Shown piece after piece: positions 46,016 through 55,561 of a DNA stretch of 64,000 nt. How positions within the stretch are numbered: the stretch's first letter is position 1; the number at the start of each line of letters is the position of its first letter. The notes under the pieces were generated by a model. The model had not been told where the DNA came from, did no database searches, and saw nothing but the letters and a program-made list of their open reading frames with translations. Where the stretch lies: the NCBI GenBank assembly GCA_963677925.2, contig CAXXYH010000003.1, positions 416,001-480,000 of the forward strand. The letters run 5' to 3'. The position numbers were made by a program, and so were the translations under genes. The stretch is from Spirochaetia bacterium. GTDB taxonomy: Bacteria > Spirochaetota > Spirochaetia > UBA9216.

Positions 46016-47944
46016 TCATGCATGAAGCTTTTCTGCCAGCCAGCCAAGATTTAAATCATACAGCTTGCCCCTGGACGGAATGCCTTTATCATCCCACCCT
46101 CTCATCTCAAAAAGATCTTTTATGCCGTCGGCCAGATTCTTTTTATCTACCGCATAATAATTGGAATGTTCATTTGCAAGATCTTCATGGCTCCTCTGTG
46201 AAAGAGCATCTTCACTTGCTGCAGAACCGTGCAGTATATTAAAGGCACGTCCCATATTTTCAGCTCGTTCTCCGGCTTTCATAATTTCGTAAAGGCTTGT
46301 ATATTCCCAGCCTGTTGAAGCACGTAAAAGTTCAACAACCGTATTAAGGCTTATTACTCCTCGTGGAGCAAATACAAGTATGCACATACCCGCACAATTC
46401 TGAAAGCTGGTCCATTCTGAAACAGTTTTAACATTACGGGCCTTTTTCCAGGAAACTTCTGCAGGACTTATGGGTTCGTAAATCCCGATACCGCTTAGTT
46501 TATCCAGAACTATTCCAGGATTTGATATCATTGTGTCATGAACTGTGTACATGTGGTCGGTAGCATTGGCTGCAGTAGAGTATGCAAATGCAAGACCGGT
46601 TTTTGTCCGTGCATCGTGAAGAGCGTATTCCTGCTTTCTGCTCGTATTAAGATAGGCTTTGCTGCCTTTCCCAATCTTCTCAGCAGCTCTGAATGAACCT
46701 TCAGCAAGCAGAGATGAAAAGTTATCGGCCCGCATGGCTATTCTTTCAAGGAGAGTTAATACTGCGTACGAGTTTCCGAATTCAAGTCTAAGTCCATTGG
46801 TAAATTCTGTATCAATCAATCCGTTTTCAAAACATTCCATTGCAAAAGCAATAGTTCCGCTGACAGAAATAGTGTCCATGCCGAAACGGTTGCAAAGCTC
46901 ATTGGCTTTTGAGATAAGTTTTAGATCGGCCATCATGCAGTTTGCACCGAATCCTGCAATTGTTTCATATTCAGGACCGCCGAAAGCCGGATCAATCGAA
47001 AGTGAATCGTCGCTGACATCTACAACACGCTTACATCTTACAGGACAGGCAAAACAGCCTTCCCGCTTGCTCATGATAGTCTCTGCAAGTTTCTGCCCGG
47101 TAATTTCTTCTGCGTGTGCATTCTCACCGTATCTAAAATTCCTTGACGGAAACATACCTGCAGCATTAAGTGTGGAGATGCCGCCCGATGTGCCGAAGTC
47201 AAACAGTCCACGGCTTAAGGGTTCATTCTTGTAAACAGCCAGATATTCTTTTCTTAAATCAGATATCTTTTCAGGATTTGCGGTTTTTATCTCTCCGCTG
47301 CCCTTTACTGCAATTGCCCTGAGATTCTTTGAACCCATAACCGCGCCCATTCCATTGCGTCCGTTATAATGTTTTAGATTATTGGTTATACAGGCGTACT
47401 TAACCAGATTTTCACCTGCAGGGCCAATCTGAAGAACAGAGGCTTTCTGTTCACCAAGCTCATCTCTTATCAGCTGCTGAACCGTACCGGTTTCTTTGCC
47501 CCAGAGATCAGCTGCATCATTAATCTCAATATCAGAGTCGGCAATGCTGAGGTAAACCGGTTTTTCCGCTTTTCCTTCTATAATAACCGCATCCCATCCG
47601 GCCTTTTTAAGTTCTGGGCCCCAGAAACCGCCCGCTTCCGACTGGCCGAAACCGCCGGTAAGGGGTGATTTTGCTCCTACGGTATACCTGGGTGTTCCTG
47701 CAATTGGTATACCTGTTAAAACACCAGTAGCAAAAATCAATTTATTTTCAGCACCTAATGCATCTGCATCAGGAGATACTTCATTTAAAAGATAATGAGC
47801 AATAATACCCTTCCCGCCCATATACATTCTGTAAAAGGTCTGATCAGGAGTTTCTATTGTTATCTCTGAAGTACTCAGATTAACTCTGAGTATCTTTCCC
47901 GTATATCCGTAAATTTTATTCTCTTCCATCATAAAAAAAATCAT
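46016..47944 (-). CDS. aor: Aldehyde:ferredoxin oxidoreductase (tungsten/molybdopterin AOR family)
   Basis: GKILRVNLS, KSPLTG, GRNGMGAVMGSKNL, CFACPVRC, GPEYET and DTIS motifs; the start may be 47932. Confidence 0.93.
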   Translation of the reverse strand: MIFFMMEENKIYGYTGKILRVNLSTSEITIETPDQTFYRMYMGGKGIIAHYLLNEVSPDADALGAENKLIFATGVLTGIPIAGTPRYTVGAKSPLTGGFGQSEAGGFWGPELKKAGWDAVIIEGKAEKPVYLSIADSDIEINDAADLWGKETGTVQQLIRDELGEQKASVLQIGPAGENLVKYACITNNLKHYNGRNGMGAVMGSKNLRAIAVKGSGEIKTANPEKISDLRKEYLAVYKNEPLSRGLFDFGTSGGISTLNAAGMFPSRNFRYGENAHAEEITGQKLAETIMSKREGCFACPVRCKRVVDVSDDSLSIDPAFGGPEYETIAGFGANCMMADLKLISKANELCNRFGMDTISVSGTIAFAMECFENGLIDTEFTNGLRLEFGNSYAVLTLLERIAMRADNFSSLLAEGSFRAAEKIGKGSKAYLNTSRKQEYALHDARTKTGLAFAYSTAANATDHMYTVHDTMISNPGIVLDKLSGIGIYEPISPAEVSWKKARNVKTVSEWTSFQNCAGMCILVFAPRGVISLNTVVELLRASTGWEYTSLYEIMKAGERAENMGRAFNILHGSAASEDALSQRSHEDLANEHSNYYAVDKKNLADGIKDLFEMRGWDDKGIPSRGKLYDLNLGWLAEKLHA

Positions 47945-48186
47945 CCACCGCCAAAAATCGGAAAAACTTCCACGAAGTCTCCATCAGTTAAATTAACTGT
48001 ATCGTTAATATTTCTGTTTAAACCGTTAACTCTGATTAAAGCGGTATAATCTTTTTTTACGCCGCATTTCATAAGCAGGTCCTGAACAGAAAAAACATCA
48101 TCTGTTTCAAGTTCCAGAATTCCCTCCCTGTTTCCGGAAAGGAATATAAAAAATGAATAAAGCTTAACCCTTATCTTCACTGACAT
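47941..48186 (-). CDS. MoaD/ThiS family sulfur carrier
   Basis: VNG..L.DGD.V..FP..GGG with the C-terminal GG; next to aor. Confidence 0.85.
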   Translation of the reverse strand: MSVKIRVKLYSFFIFLSGNREGILELETDDVFSVQDLLMKCGVKKDYTALIRVNGLNRNINDTVNLTDGDFVEVFPIFGGG

Positions 48187-49429
48187 CCTTCAGCAATGGT
48201 ATTGTAGCTCCAGCATCGGGCATCACAAGAACCGAGGCTCTCTCACCCATTTTACCGACAGCAGCATCGAGTGCCGCCTGCAGTGACTTAAAAGGGATAA
48301 AGTTAATAGACTTTACAGTTTCATCACCCAGATCACTGACCATAAATATTTCCGCCTTCTGCAGTATCATGGCAATGGCCGCAGCCTTGTGGCCGCCTAG
48401 TACAAAATTGGATTCAATTTCAGCCAGCATTTCAGAAGGTGTTTTATCCTTCATCCATGATTCAAAGGTTTTCTCGCCAAAACCCTCAGCAGCTGATGCG
48501 GCAAGAATAATTATTCCGCCGTCTTTTACAGCATATTTGGCATTATCAAGGCCCTTTTGAGCCTGATAAAGATTTATATCTTTCGGATATCCGCCCGGAG
48601 ACGCAATTACAATATCAGCCTTTGAAGCAAACTCAACACCGTTCATCCGGTCAAGATACCTGCAGCCGTTTCTGTGAGCCTCAAGATAATGACCTGCAAC
48701 TGCTTTAACAATCTCTTTCTTATTATCAAGAATCACGTTTAAAATAAAATCAATTTTGATAAACTCACCAACCTGGTCTATATCCTGTCTTACAGGATTA
48801 TCATCAAGCCGGCCCGCTGCAGCATTCTTATTTGTCATATTAGAATGGTTGGCCTGAATAGCCGCATGACTGGAGACTCCGGGCATCAGAGCTTTTGCTC
48901 CGCCGGAATATCCTGCAAAATAATGGAACTCAATATTACCCACACAGATAAGCCTGTCCGCTTCCGCTACCGGTCTGAATATATCTACAGGTGTTCCGTT
49001 CCTGCACGCTCCGAGATTAATACAGAGGTCCATTTCTGAATCAAGCAGGTTTATTCCGCTTGAATAAACATCATCACCGGTCAGGTATTTCTTTTCATCT
49101 TCAGTATGTCTGCGGTGACTTCCCAGTGCAAAAACAATGGTAATATCACTGTCACTGACTCCTGCACTGTGAAGACGTTTAACAAGTTCGGGTATAACAA
49201 GTCTTCCCGGAAAGGGCCTTGTTATATCACTTGTAACAATCACAACAGACTCACCAGGTTTAACTATATCCTCAAGTCTTTCAGATCCTGCCGGATTATC
49301 AAGGGCATAATTAATTTCATCAGCTCCGCTTCTATCATGCACTATTTCATTGGGAATCAATGTTCCCGCATAATTTTTTTCAGGTATATCAACAGAGATA
49401 GTTTTTTTGCCGTATTTAAACTCAAACAT
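48164..49429 (-). CDS. larA: LarA-family nickel-pincer 2-hydroxyacid racemase/epimerase
   Basis: SDITRP, ALGSHR, HYFAGYSGGAK, NH and YQAQK motifs. Confidence 0.9.
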   Translation of the reverse strand: MFEFKYGKKTISVDIPEKNYAGTLIPNEIVHDRSGADEINYALDNPAGSERLEDIVKPGESVVIVTSDITRPFPGRLVIPELVKRLHSAGVSDSDITIVFALGSHRRHTEDEKKYLTGDDVYSSGINLLDSEMDLCINLGACRNGTPVDIFRPVAEADRLICVGNIEFHYFAGYSGGAKALMPGVSSHAAIQANHSNMTNKNAAAGRLDDNPVRQDIDQVGEFIKIDFILNVILDNKKEIVKAVAGHYLEAHRNGCRYLDRMNGVEFASKADIVIASPGGYPKDINLYQAQKGLDNAKYAVKDGGIIILAASAAEGFGEKTFESWMKDKTPSEMLAEIESNFVLGGHKAAAIAMILQKAEIFMVSDLGDETVKSINFIPFKSLQAALDAAVGKMGERASVLVMPDAGATIPLLKDVSEDKG

Positions 49430-50792
49430 CAGCCCAGACCTCCTCATCGGAAGGCATTACCGCTCCGTCTATCACTGTTGAAATTCGTGTAATATTCATT
49501 AAGTGTGTGTAATTAAAATTATCAGAGATAATATTGTTTCCCCATGTGCCGCATCCGAAGATAGTAGTTGGAACAAGACCATTCAGATAGCTTCCGCCGC
49601 TCATGGTAGCTCCGACCTGATTTACAAGCAGCCGGCTTACATTCAGGTTCTCACCGGCATATCTGACATGTTCATCATTTCCGGAATGTATAACAACAGA
49701 ATGTCCCATACCTTCAGCTTCTATATTCTCAGCCGCGATTGCAACCGCCTCTTCAAATGTTTCGTATCTTTTAAGTCCAATTACCGGAAACAGCTTCTCT
49801 CTGCAGAAAAGTTCCTCTTCTCCGGTGCTGTAGACTTCAATAACTATAAGCCGAACAGTCTCTTCGAGTTCAATTCCTGCATCAGAAGCAAGCTTTGATA
49901 CAGGCTGTCCGACTACCTCGCTTGAAACATTTCCGTCTTCATCGAATATCAGGTTCCTGAGTCTCAAGGCTTCATCAGAATTTCTGACGAAGTACGCGCC
50001 CTGAGACTCAAGTTCTTTTACTGTTTCAGCAAAATCATCATTATGAACGAGAATCATCTGCTCAGCAGAACTGATAATTCCGTTGTCAAAAATCCTTCCG
50101 TTTATTATTTTCTCAACCGATTCGCTTATACTGACGCCCCTGTCTATTATGCACTGCGCATTTCCTGCACCGACACCGAATGCAGGTTTTCCGCAGGAAT
50201 ATGCAGCCTTTACTGTTGTCGATCCTCCGATGGCAACAACAACATCAACTGAACTCATAAGTTCACTGCTTTTCAGCACATTAGGATCTTCTATTGTCTG
50301 TATAAGATTTTCGGGTGCTCCGAGAGTCTTAAGGTTCATATTAATAAGTTCAGCAGCATATGCGGCGCATTTTTTCGCACGCGGATGAGGAGCGATAATT
50401 ATGGAATTACGCGCTTTTACTGCAAACATTGCAATACACATAGGTGTTGTTATGGGATTGGTGCATGGTGTTACCGCTCCCACAACACCCATAGGTTTTG
50501 CTATCTTTATAATTCCGTTTACAGCATCTTCTTCCACAGACCCTACAGATTTTTTACCCTTAAGATTGTGCCAAAGCATGCTTGCAGTCCTGCGGTTCTT
50601 TTCAACTTTATCGCCGTAAACTCCCATGGAGGTTTCATCAACTGCCATGCTTGCCAGAACTTCCGCATTATCAAAAACAGTTTTTGCAATAGCTTTTACG
50701 ATTTCATCTATGTATTTCTGTGAGAATGTTTCTATTTTTTTCTGTGCGGCCGAAGCTTTCTGCACCATATCTGAAATTACATCAAATTCCAT
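49422..50792 (-). CDS. CoA-acylating aldehyde dehydrogenase family (succinate-semialdehyde DH-like); catalytic Cys reads as Ser
   Basis: PMGVVGAVTPCTNP, PHPRA, GKPAFGVGAGN, FDNGIISSAEQ, EKLFP and GCGTWGNN motifs. Confidence 0.85.
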   Translation of the reverse strand: MEFDVISDMVQKASAAQKKIETFSQKYIDEIVKAIAKTVFDNAEVLASMAVDETSMGVYGDKVEKNRRTASMLWHNLKGKKSVGSVEEDAVNGIIKIAKPMGVVGAVTPCTNPITTPMCIAMFAVKARNSIIIAPHPRAKKCAAYAAELINMNLKTLGAPENLIQTIEDPNVLKSSELMSSVDVVVAIGGSTTVKAAYSCGKPAFGVGAGNAQCIIDRGVSISESVEKIINGRIFDNGIISSAEQMILVHNDDFAETVKELESQGAYFVRNSDEALRLRNLIFDEDGNVSSEVVGQPVSKLASDAGIELEETVRLIVIEVYSTGEEELFCREKLFPVIGLKRYETFEEAVAIAAENIEAEGMGHSVVIHSGNDEHVRYAGENLNVSRLLVNQVGATMSGGSYLNGLVPTTIFGCGTWGNNIISDNFNYTHLMNITRISTVIDGAVMPSDEEVWADV

Positions 50793-50811
50793 CTCAAGCT
50801 ATTCCTTCTCG

Positions 50812-52161
50812 CTACTCTGTAACTGCTTTTATTGCTTTCTCAAGGATTTCCAGACCAACTTTAAGCTGCTCATCGGTAACAACAAGCGGCATAAGAGCTC
50901 TTACGATCTGATTATATGAGCCGGCAGCCTTGAGAACCAAGCCGGCCTTCCTGCACTCGGCAAGTATTTTATTTGCAGTTTCAGGATCCGGTTCTTTAGA
51001 AATCCTGTCTTTTACAAATTCAAGTGAAACCATTGCTCCGGTTACTCGGTAAGTTCCGATTGCCTTATACTTTTCAAACCAGTCTTTGAATGCAGCTTCG
51101 CATTTTTCGCCGATTGCCATGGCCTTGGAAGCATAGTCGTCTCTTTTTAGTATTTCGATTACTTTTAAAGAAGATGCACAGGCCACAGGATTTCCGCCGT
51201 ATGTACCGCCGATTTCACCTGCAGTCAAAGATTCCATAATCTCTTCTCTTGCTGTAACAGCGCTTATCGGAAGTCCTCCGCCCATAGCCTTTGCTGTAAT
51301 AAGAATATCAGGATAAACACCTGCCTCTTCCCAGTACTCTGTCGCAAACATTTTTCCTGTTCGGCAGTAACCGGTCTGAACTTCATCTGCTATAAGAAGT
51401 ATTCCGTATTCATCACAAAGCTGTCTGAGACCCTTTATGTACTCGATAGGAGGTACAATAAAACCGCCTTCGCCCTGGATAGGTTCGATAATTACAGCAG
51501 CAACTTTCTGAGGAAGGATGTAGTCAACAAACATATACCGCAGTTTTTCCAGATAATAATCAGCAAGCTGCTCTTCAGCGATACCCGGTTCAGCCCGGTA
51601 AGTATTAGGGAATTCAGCGCGGTGAACACCCGGTGCAAGCGGCATAAAACCGGCCTTGTATACCTGGCCGCTGGTGAGGGTCATAGCCATAAAGGTTCTG
51701 CCGTGGAAACATCCTGAATATGCGATTATATCAGTACGTCCGCTGAACTTTCTTGCAATCTTTATAGCGTTATCAACTGCCTCGGAACCGCTGTTGAAAA
51801 ATGCAGTTCTTTTCTTGAAATTTCCCGGAGTAATGTCATTTATAAGTTCTGCAAGCTCAATATACTCCGAATAGTGCAGTGTATTTATCTGCGGATGAAA
51901 GTATCTTCCAGCCTGCTCCTGTACAGCCTTGACCACCTCTTCATTGCTGTATCCGATATTCAGAGCGCCGATTCCTCCGACCCAGTCCATTATGATATTA
52001 CCGTCAAGGTCGACTATCATAGCCCCCTCGCCTCTGTCAATTACAAAGGGCGCTGCACATCCGATTGATGATGGAATGGCTTTATTTCTTCTTTCAATTA
52101 CTGCCTTTGATTTGGGTCCCGGCAGTTCAGTAACTATTTTTGGTAAAGATTCTCTAAGCAA
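50812..52161 (-). CDS. gabT: Class III aminotransferase (4-aminobutyrate transaminase-like)
   Basis: NSGSEAVDNA, FHGRT, EPIQGEGG, DEVQTG, AKAMGGG and GGTYGGNP motifs; TTG start with GGAG RBS. Confidence 0.88.
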   Translation of the reverse strand: MLRESLPKIVTELPGPKSKAVIERRNKAIPSSIGCAAPFVIDRGEGAMIVDLDGNIIMDWVGGIGALNIGYSNEEVVKAVQEQAGRYFHPQINTLHYSEYIELAELINDITPGNFKKRTAFFNSGSEAVDNAIKIARKFSGRTDIIAYSGCFHGRTFMAMTLTSGQVYKAGFMPLAPGVHRAEFPNTYRAEPGIAEEQLADYYLEKLRYMFVDYILPQKVAAVIIEPIQGEGGFIVPPIEYIKGLRQLCDEYGILLIADEVQTGYCRTGKMFATEYWEEAGVYPDILITAKAMGGGLPISAVTAREEIMESLTAGEIGGTYGGNPVACASSLKVIEILKRDDYASKAMAIGEKCEAAFKDWFEKYKAIGTYRVTGAMVSLEFVKDRISKEPDPETANKILAECRKAGLVLKAAGSYNQIVRALMPLVVTDEQLKVGLEILEKAIKAVTE

Positions 52162-52194
52162 TTAATTTCTCCAAATTATTATTCTGCAATTTAA

Positions 52195-52212
52195 TTGCAT
52201 TTTTTGTGCCAA
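52195..52212 (-). promoter_or_regulatory. sigma54 (-24/-12) promoter of the gabT-led cluster
   Basis: Minus strand TTGGCACAAAAAATGCAA, an exact GG-N10-GC spacing, about 35 bp upstream of gabT and next to a bEBP gene. Confidence 0.85.
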
Positions 52213-52274
52213 AAAACCACCATTACAGGTATTTTTATTTGAATTGGCTTAATTTTGCTGATATTTCCTTTGAT

Positions 52275-52335
52275 TTTTGCATTTTTGTAAAATATTTTAA
52301 ATTTTTGAAGGATTGATAAAACTACATTTTTGTAG
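52275..52335. promoter_or_regulatory. Two candidate upstream activator sequences
   Basis: TTTTGCATTTTTGTAAAA (52275-52292) and CTACATTTTTGTAG (52322-52335), sharing the core CATTTTTGTA. Confidence 0.5.
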
Positions 52336-52433
52336 GAGATAATTTATTTAGTTTAAAAGTATTAAGTTTGTAATACTCTATTAAAATTATTATTATTTTA
52401 TGGTATTCTTGATACATCATCGGAGGGATTTTT

Positions 52434-54104
52434 TTGACTGAAAGAATAGATATAAACCTGTTTATCGAACCGGCAATACTGCTGGATGCTGATTATCAGC
52501 TCATAAAAACTAATCAGGCTTTTACCAGTTTTTTCAGCCGGGGCAACACTCTTGAGCAGGCGATAAAACTTATAAAAACAAGAGATGAAAAAAAAAATCA
52601 GGACTTTCTGCTTTTCATCTACGAAGATAAAGAGTTTATAATACATGTCTACAGTCTTTCAGATCAGCAACAGCTGCTCTGCCTGATTTCTGATTCAGCC
52701 CATATTGAAGACGCAGCCTTCTCTCTCTCATCAATTCAGTCAATGAAAGACGAGTTCCTCAACATGCTCAGTGTACTTCATGACGACTTTGTAATAATCG
52801 ACCGCTATGGAGTAATTGTCAGCGCAATGCCTAATTTTGAGACAATGTACGGTATTTCAAGGCAGGAAGCTATCGGGAAAACAATTTTTGAAATGGAAGA
52901 AAAAAAGATTTTTAATCCTTCCGTAGCTATACGAGTATTTAAATCGGGAAATACAGAGACCCTCCTGCAGCTTACCGGAGCAGGAAAATATCTCATGTGT
53001 ACCGCCATCCCGATAAAAGATAAAGATGGAAATATTGAAAAAGTCGTCAGTTATACACGTGATATTACAAAATATCAGACACTTAAGGATGAATTTGAAA
53101 ACCTCGAGGATACTTTAAAATTATACAGTGCCGAAATTGACCGTCTGCGAAAGGATCGTGATCCGGTTCCTTCTATAATAGGCCGCTCACAGGTAATCAA
53201 AAATATATCGGCTACACTTCTCAAAATTTCACGGTTTGATGCCAACGTACTTTTTCTTGGAGAATCAGGTGTAGGCAAAACAATGTTTGCCAAGATTATG
53301 CATTCCCAAAGCGGCAGAAGTGAAGGCCCGTTTATTGAAATAAACTGCGGAGCGATCCCCGAAAGTCTGCTTGAATCGGAACTATTCGGCTATGAAAAGG
53401 GCGCATTCAGCGGAGCCAGCAAAGAAGGTAAACCAGGACTGATTGAACTTGCAAATGAGGGTACTCTCTTTCTTGATGAAATTGGAGACCTTCCGCTTCA
53501 TATGCAGGTAAAGCTTTTAAAAGCCATACAGGAAAAGAAGATAATGCGGCTGGGCGGAGCAAATCTGAAGGAAGTAGATTTCAGACTTATCGCCGCTACA
53601 AATAAAAACCTGGAAGAACTTGTTAAGGACGGCTCATTCAGGGAAGATCTGTATTACCGGCTTAATGTAATAACCATCAAGATCCCCGGCCTGCGAGACA
53701 GGAAGGAAGATATTTTTTCACTGGCTAATCATTTTGTTGAAGTTATCGGAAAGAAATACGGACTCACAAGAACTCTTTCAGGAACCGTAATTGACTATCT
53801 TGTTGAATACGACTGGCCGGGTAATATCAGAGAACTTGAGAATCTGATAGAAAGAATGATACTAACATCCGATGACTATATGATAAGCGAGGAACAGCTG
53901 CCGACAAAAATTAAGGCCAGTATCTTTCATACAACAAGCAGCAGCAGTTCACTCAAAGATATTCTTGAATCGGTTGAGCGCAGACTCATAATTGATGCGT
54001 ACAAAAAACACGGAACCTCAACCGGAGTAGCCGCCGAATTGAATATAAGTCAGCCTTCAGCTTCTAACAAGATCAACAAATATATAAAAGAGACAGAAGG
54101 CTAA
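52434..54104 (+). CDS. PAS-domain sigma54-dependent transcriptional activator (RocR-like bEBP)
   Basis: PAS region; GESGVGKT, ESELFGYEKGAFSGA, FLDEIG, FREDLYYRLN and WPGNIRELEN motifs; C-terminal HTH. Confidence 0.93.
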   Translation: MTERIDINLFIEPAILLDADYQLIKTNQAFTSFFSRGNTLEQAIKLIKTRDEKKNQDFLLFIYEDKEFIIHVYSLSDQQQLLCLISDSAHIEDAAFSLSSIQSMKDEFLNMLSVLHDDFVIIDRYGVIVSAMPNFETMYGISRQEAIGKTIFEMEEKKIFNPSVAIRVFKSGNTETLLQLTGAGKYLMCTAIPIKDKDGNIEKVVSYTRDITKYQTLKDEFENLEDTLKLYSAEIDRLRKDRDPVPSIIGRSQVIKNISATLLKISRFDANVLFLGESGVGKTMFAKIMHSQSGRSEGPFIEINCGAIPESLLESELFGYEKGAFSGASKEGKPGLIELANEGTLFLDEIGDLPLHMQVKLLKAIQEKKIMRLGGANLKEVDFRLIAATNKNLEELVKDGSFREDLYYRLNVITIKIPGLRDRKEDIFSLANHFVEVIGKKYGLTRTLSGTVIDYLVEYDWPGNIRELENLIERMILTSDDYMISEEQLPTKIKASIFHTTSSSSSLKDILESVERRLIIDAYKKHGTSTGVAAELNISQPSASNKINKYIKETEG

Positions 54105-55561
54105 AAAAGTTCTGCCAGCCTTCTGCCTGCAATATTATAAAGAGTCAAAACTGCCAGAGTCCTCTGGTTAAGAAGCATTTCCTTCTGGTTCAGCTGCTCA
54201 TTGTAATCAAGCTCAACTGCCTTTACTGCAAGCGAAGTTGAGAGCCCCGCTTCCTGCCGGCTTTTTTCTCTTTCCAGCAGATCAAGATCATACACAAGTT
54301 CAGTCTCAATTAATTCAAGCTGCCTGTCTATATTCTTTATTGAATCCAGACCGCCCTCAAATGAAAGACTTACCTGTCTCAGAGCATCTTCAAACAGGTA
54401 GCGGGCAGCTTCTATTTCCGCCTTATCAGATTCTCTTCTTTTTTTATTTTCACCCCAGTCTATCAGGCCGAATGAAAGGGCTACTGTAAGCTGAGTGTTT
54501 AATTCTGCTTCACCAAGATTATCATATGCCTCAGAAATATCTTCGGCAGGATCTGTACTTCCAGGATTTATTAATGCGGTAACTTCAAATACGGGCTCAG
54601 TACCGTCAGGGAAAATTGCAGATTGAATTTCCAGTATTCTTTTCAGTTCTGATGCAGCCTGCACCTGTACAGATCCGCTGAACAGCGCTGCTTCAAGTTC
54701 TGCCAGAACAGTCCTGTCGGCTTCGATCAAAGGAAGAACAGGCATCTTTACCAGCTCACTTCCTGTAATATTTTTTATATCACGTAAAGCCGCCTCATAC
54801 TGGTAAAGAAGCTCTCTGCTGATATCTTCCAGTCTTCTAAGCGACAGTTCTTCGGCAATAAAATCCAGCCTGCTTATTTTCCCTGAAGCTTCATCTTCAG
54901 CTGCAAGCTTAAGAGAATCAGCCGAGATAGCTATCCGCTGTTCAATTATTTCAAGTGACATTTCAATGGACAGGGCCTTAACAACTGCAGAATAAACCGA
55001 TATTACAAGAGCATTTTCAGTATTAAGCACCGACCGGCTTTCTGAATTAACGCTTAGAACATTTAATTCCCTCGCAAGTTTAATTGAGTCAAACCGTATC
55101 ATGGATTTGGAACTCCGATCGGTAAACAGCGGCTGGCGGAAATACAATCCGGCTGAGGGGCTCATGAAATAACTGAGCTCTTCATCATCTGCCGGTGAAG
55201 AAATAATGAGGCTGCCGCTTCCGCTTAGATTAAGCAGGCCTCCTCCGGGAAGGAGTGTATCCAGAGCAAGACCTGCGCCGGCGGTATGCTTTCGTTTTCT
55301 CTCTACCGGATATGAATAATAATCTTCACCCAGACTGTATTTGTAGAGGGGGTTATTGCTGTCGGTTGTAAATGACAGGCCTGGAAGTGTAGACAGATTT
55401 TCAGCCGCTGCCCCTGCCAAAACCGAACTGTATGAGGCCTGTGCTGCTTTAAGCTTATTATCAGAAGCAAGTGCAGCATCTATAAGATCATTAAAATCAC
55501 TTCCATAAACATATGACCATGAACTTAGTATTACAAACAGAAATATAAGTTTATTTCTCAT
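54101..55561 (-). CDS. TolC family outer membrane efflux protein
   Basis: Signal peptide; helical OEP repeat pattern (G..S.LD, LIDWG); downstream of the RND gene. Confidence 0.8.
   Translation of the reverse strand: MRNKLIFLFVILSSWSYVYGSDFNDLIDAALASDNKLKAAQASYSSVLAGAAAENLSTLPGLSFTTDSNNPLYKYSLGEDYYSYPVERKRKHTAGAGLALDTLLPGGGLLNLSGSGSLIISSPADDEELSYFMSPSAGLYFRQPLFTDRSSKSMIRFDSIKLARELNVLSVNSESRSVLNTENALVISVYSAVVKALSIEMSLEIIEQRIAISADSLKLAAEDEASGKISRLDFIAEELSLRRLEDISRELLYQYEAALRDIKNITGSELVKMPVLPLIEADRTVLAELEAALFSGSVQVQAASELKRILEIQSAIFPDGTEPVFEVTALINPGSTDPAEDISEAYDNLGEAELNTQLTVALSFGLIDWGENKKRRESDKAEIEAARYLFEDALRQVSLSFEGGLDSIKNIDRQLELIETELVYDLDLLEREKSRQEAGLSTSLAVKAVELDYNEQLNQKEMLLNQRTLAVLTLYNIAGRRLAELF

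Noticed and set aside
46659-47234. 191 aa antisense ORF within aor, and similar antisense ORFs elsewhere
   Set aside because: It has no recognisable motifs or RBS and is a typical antisense shadow of a strongly supported gene.
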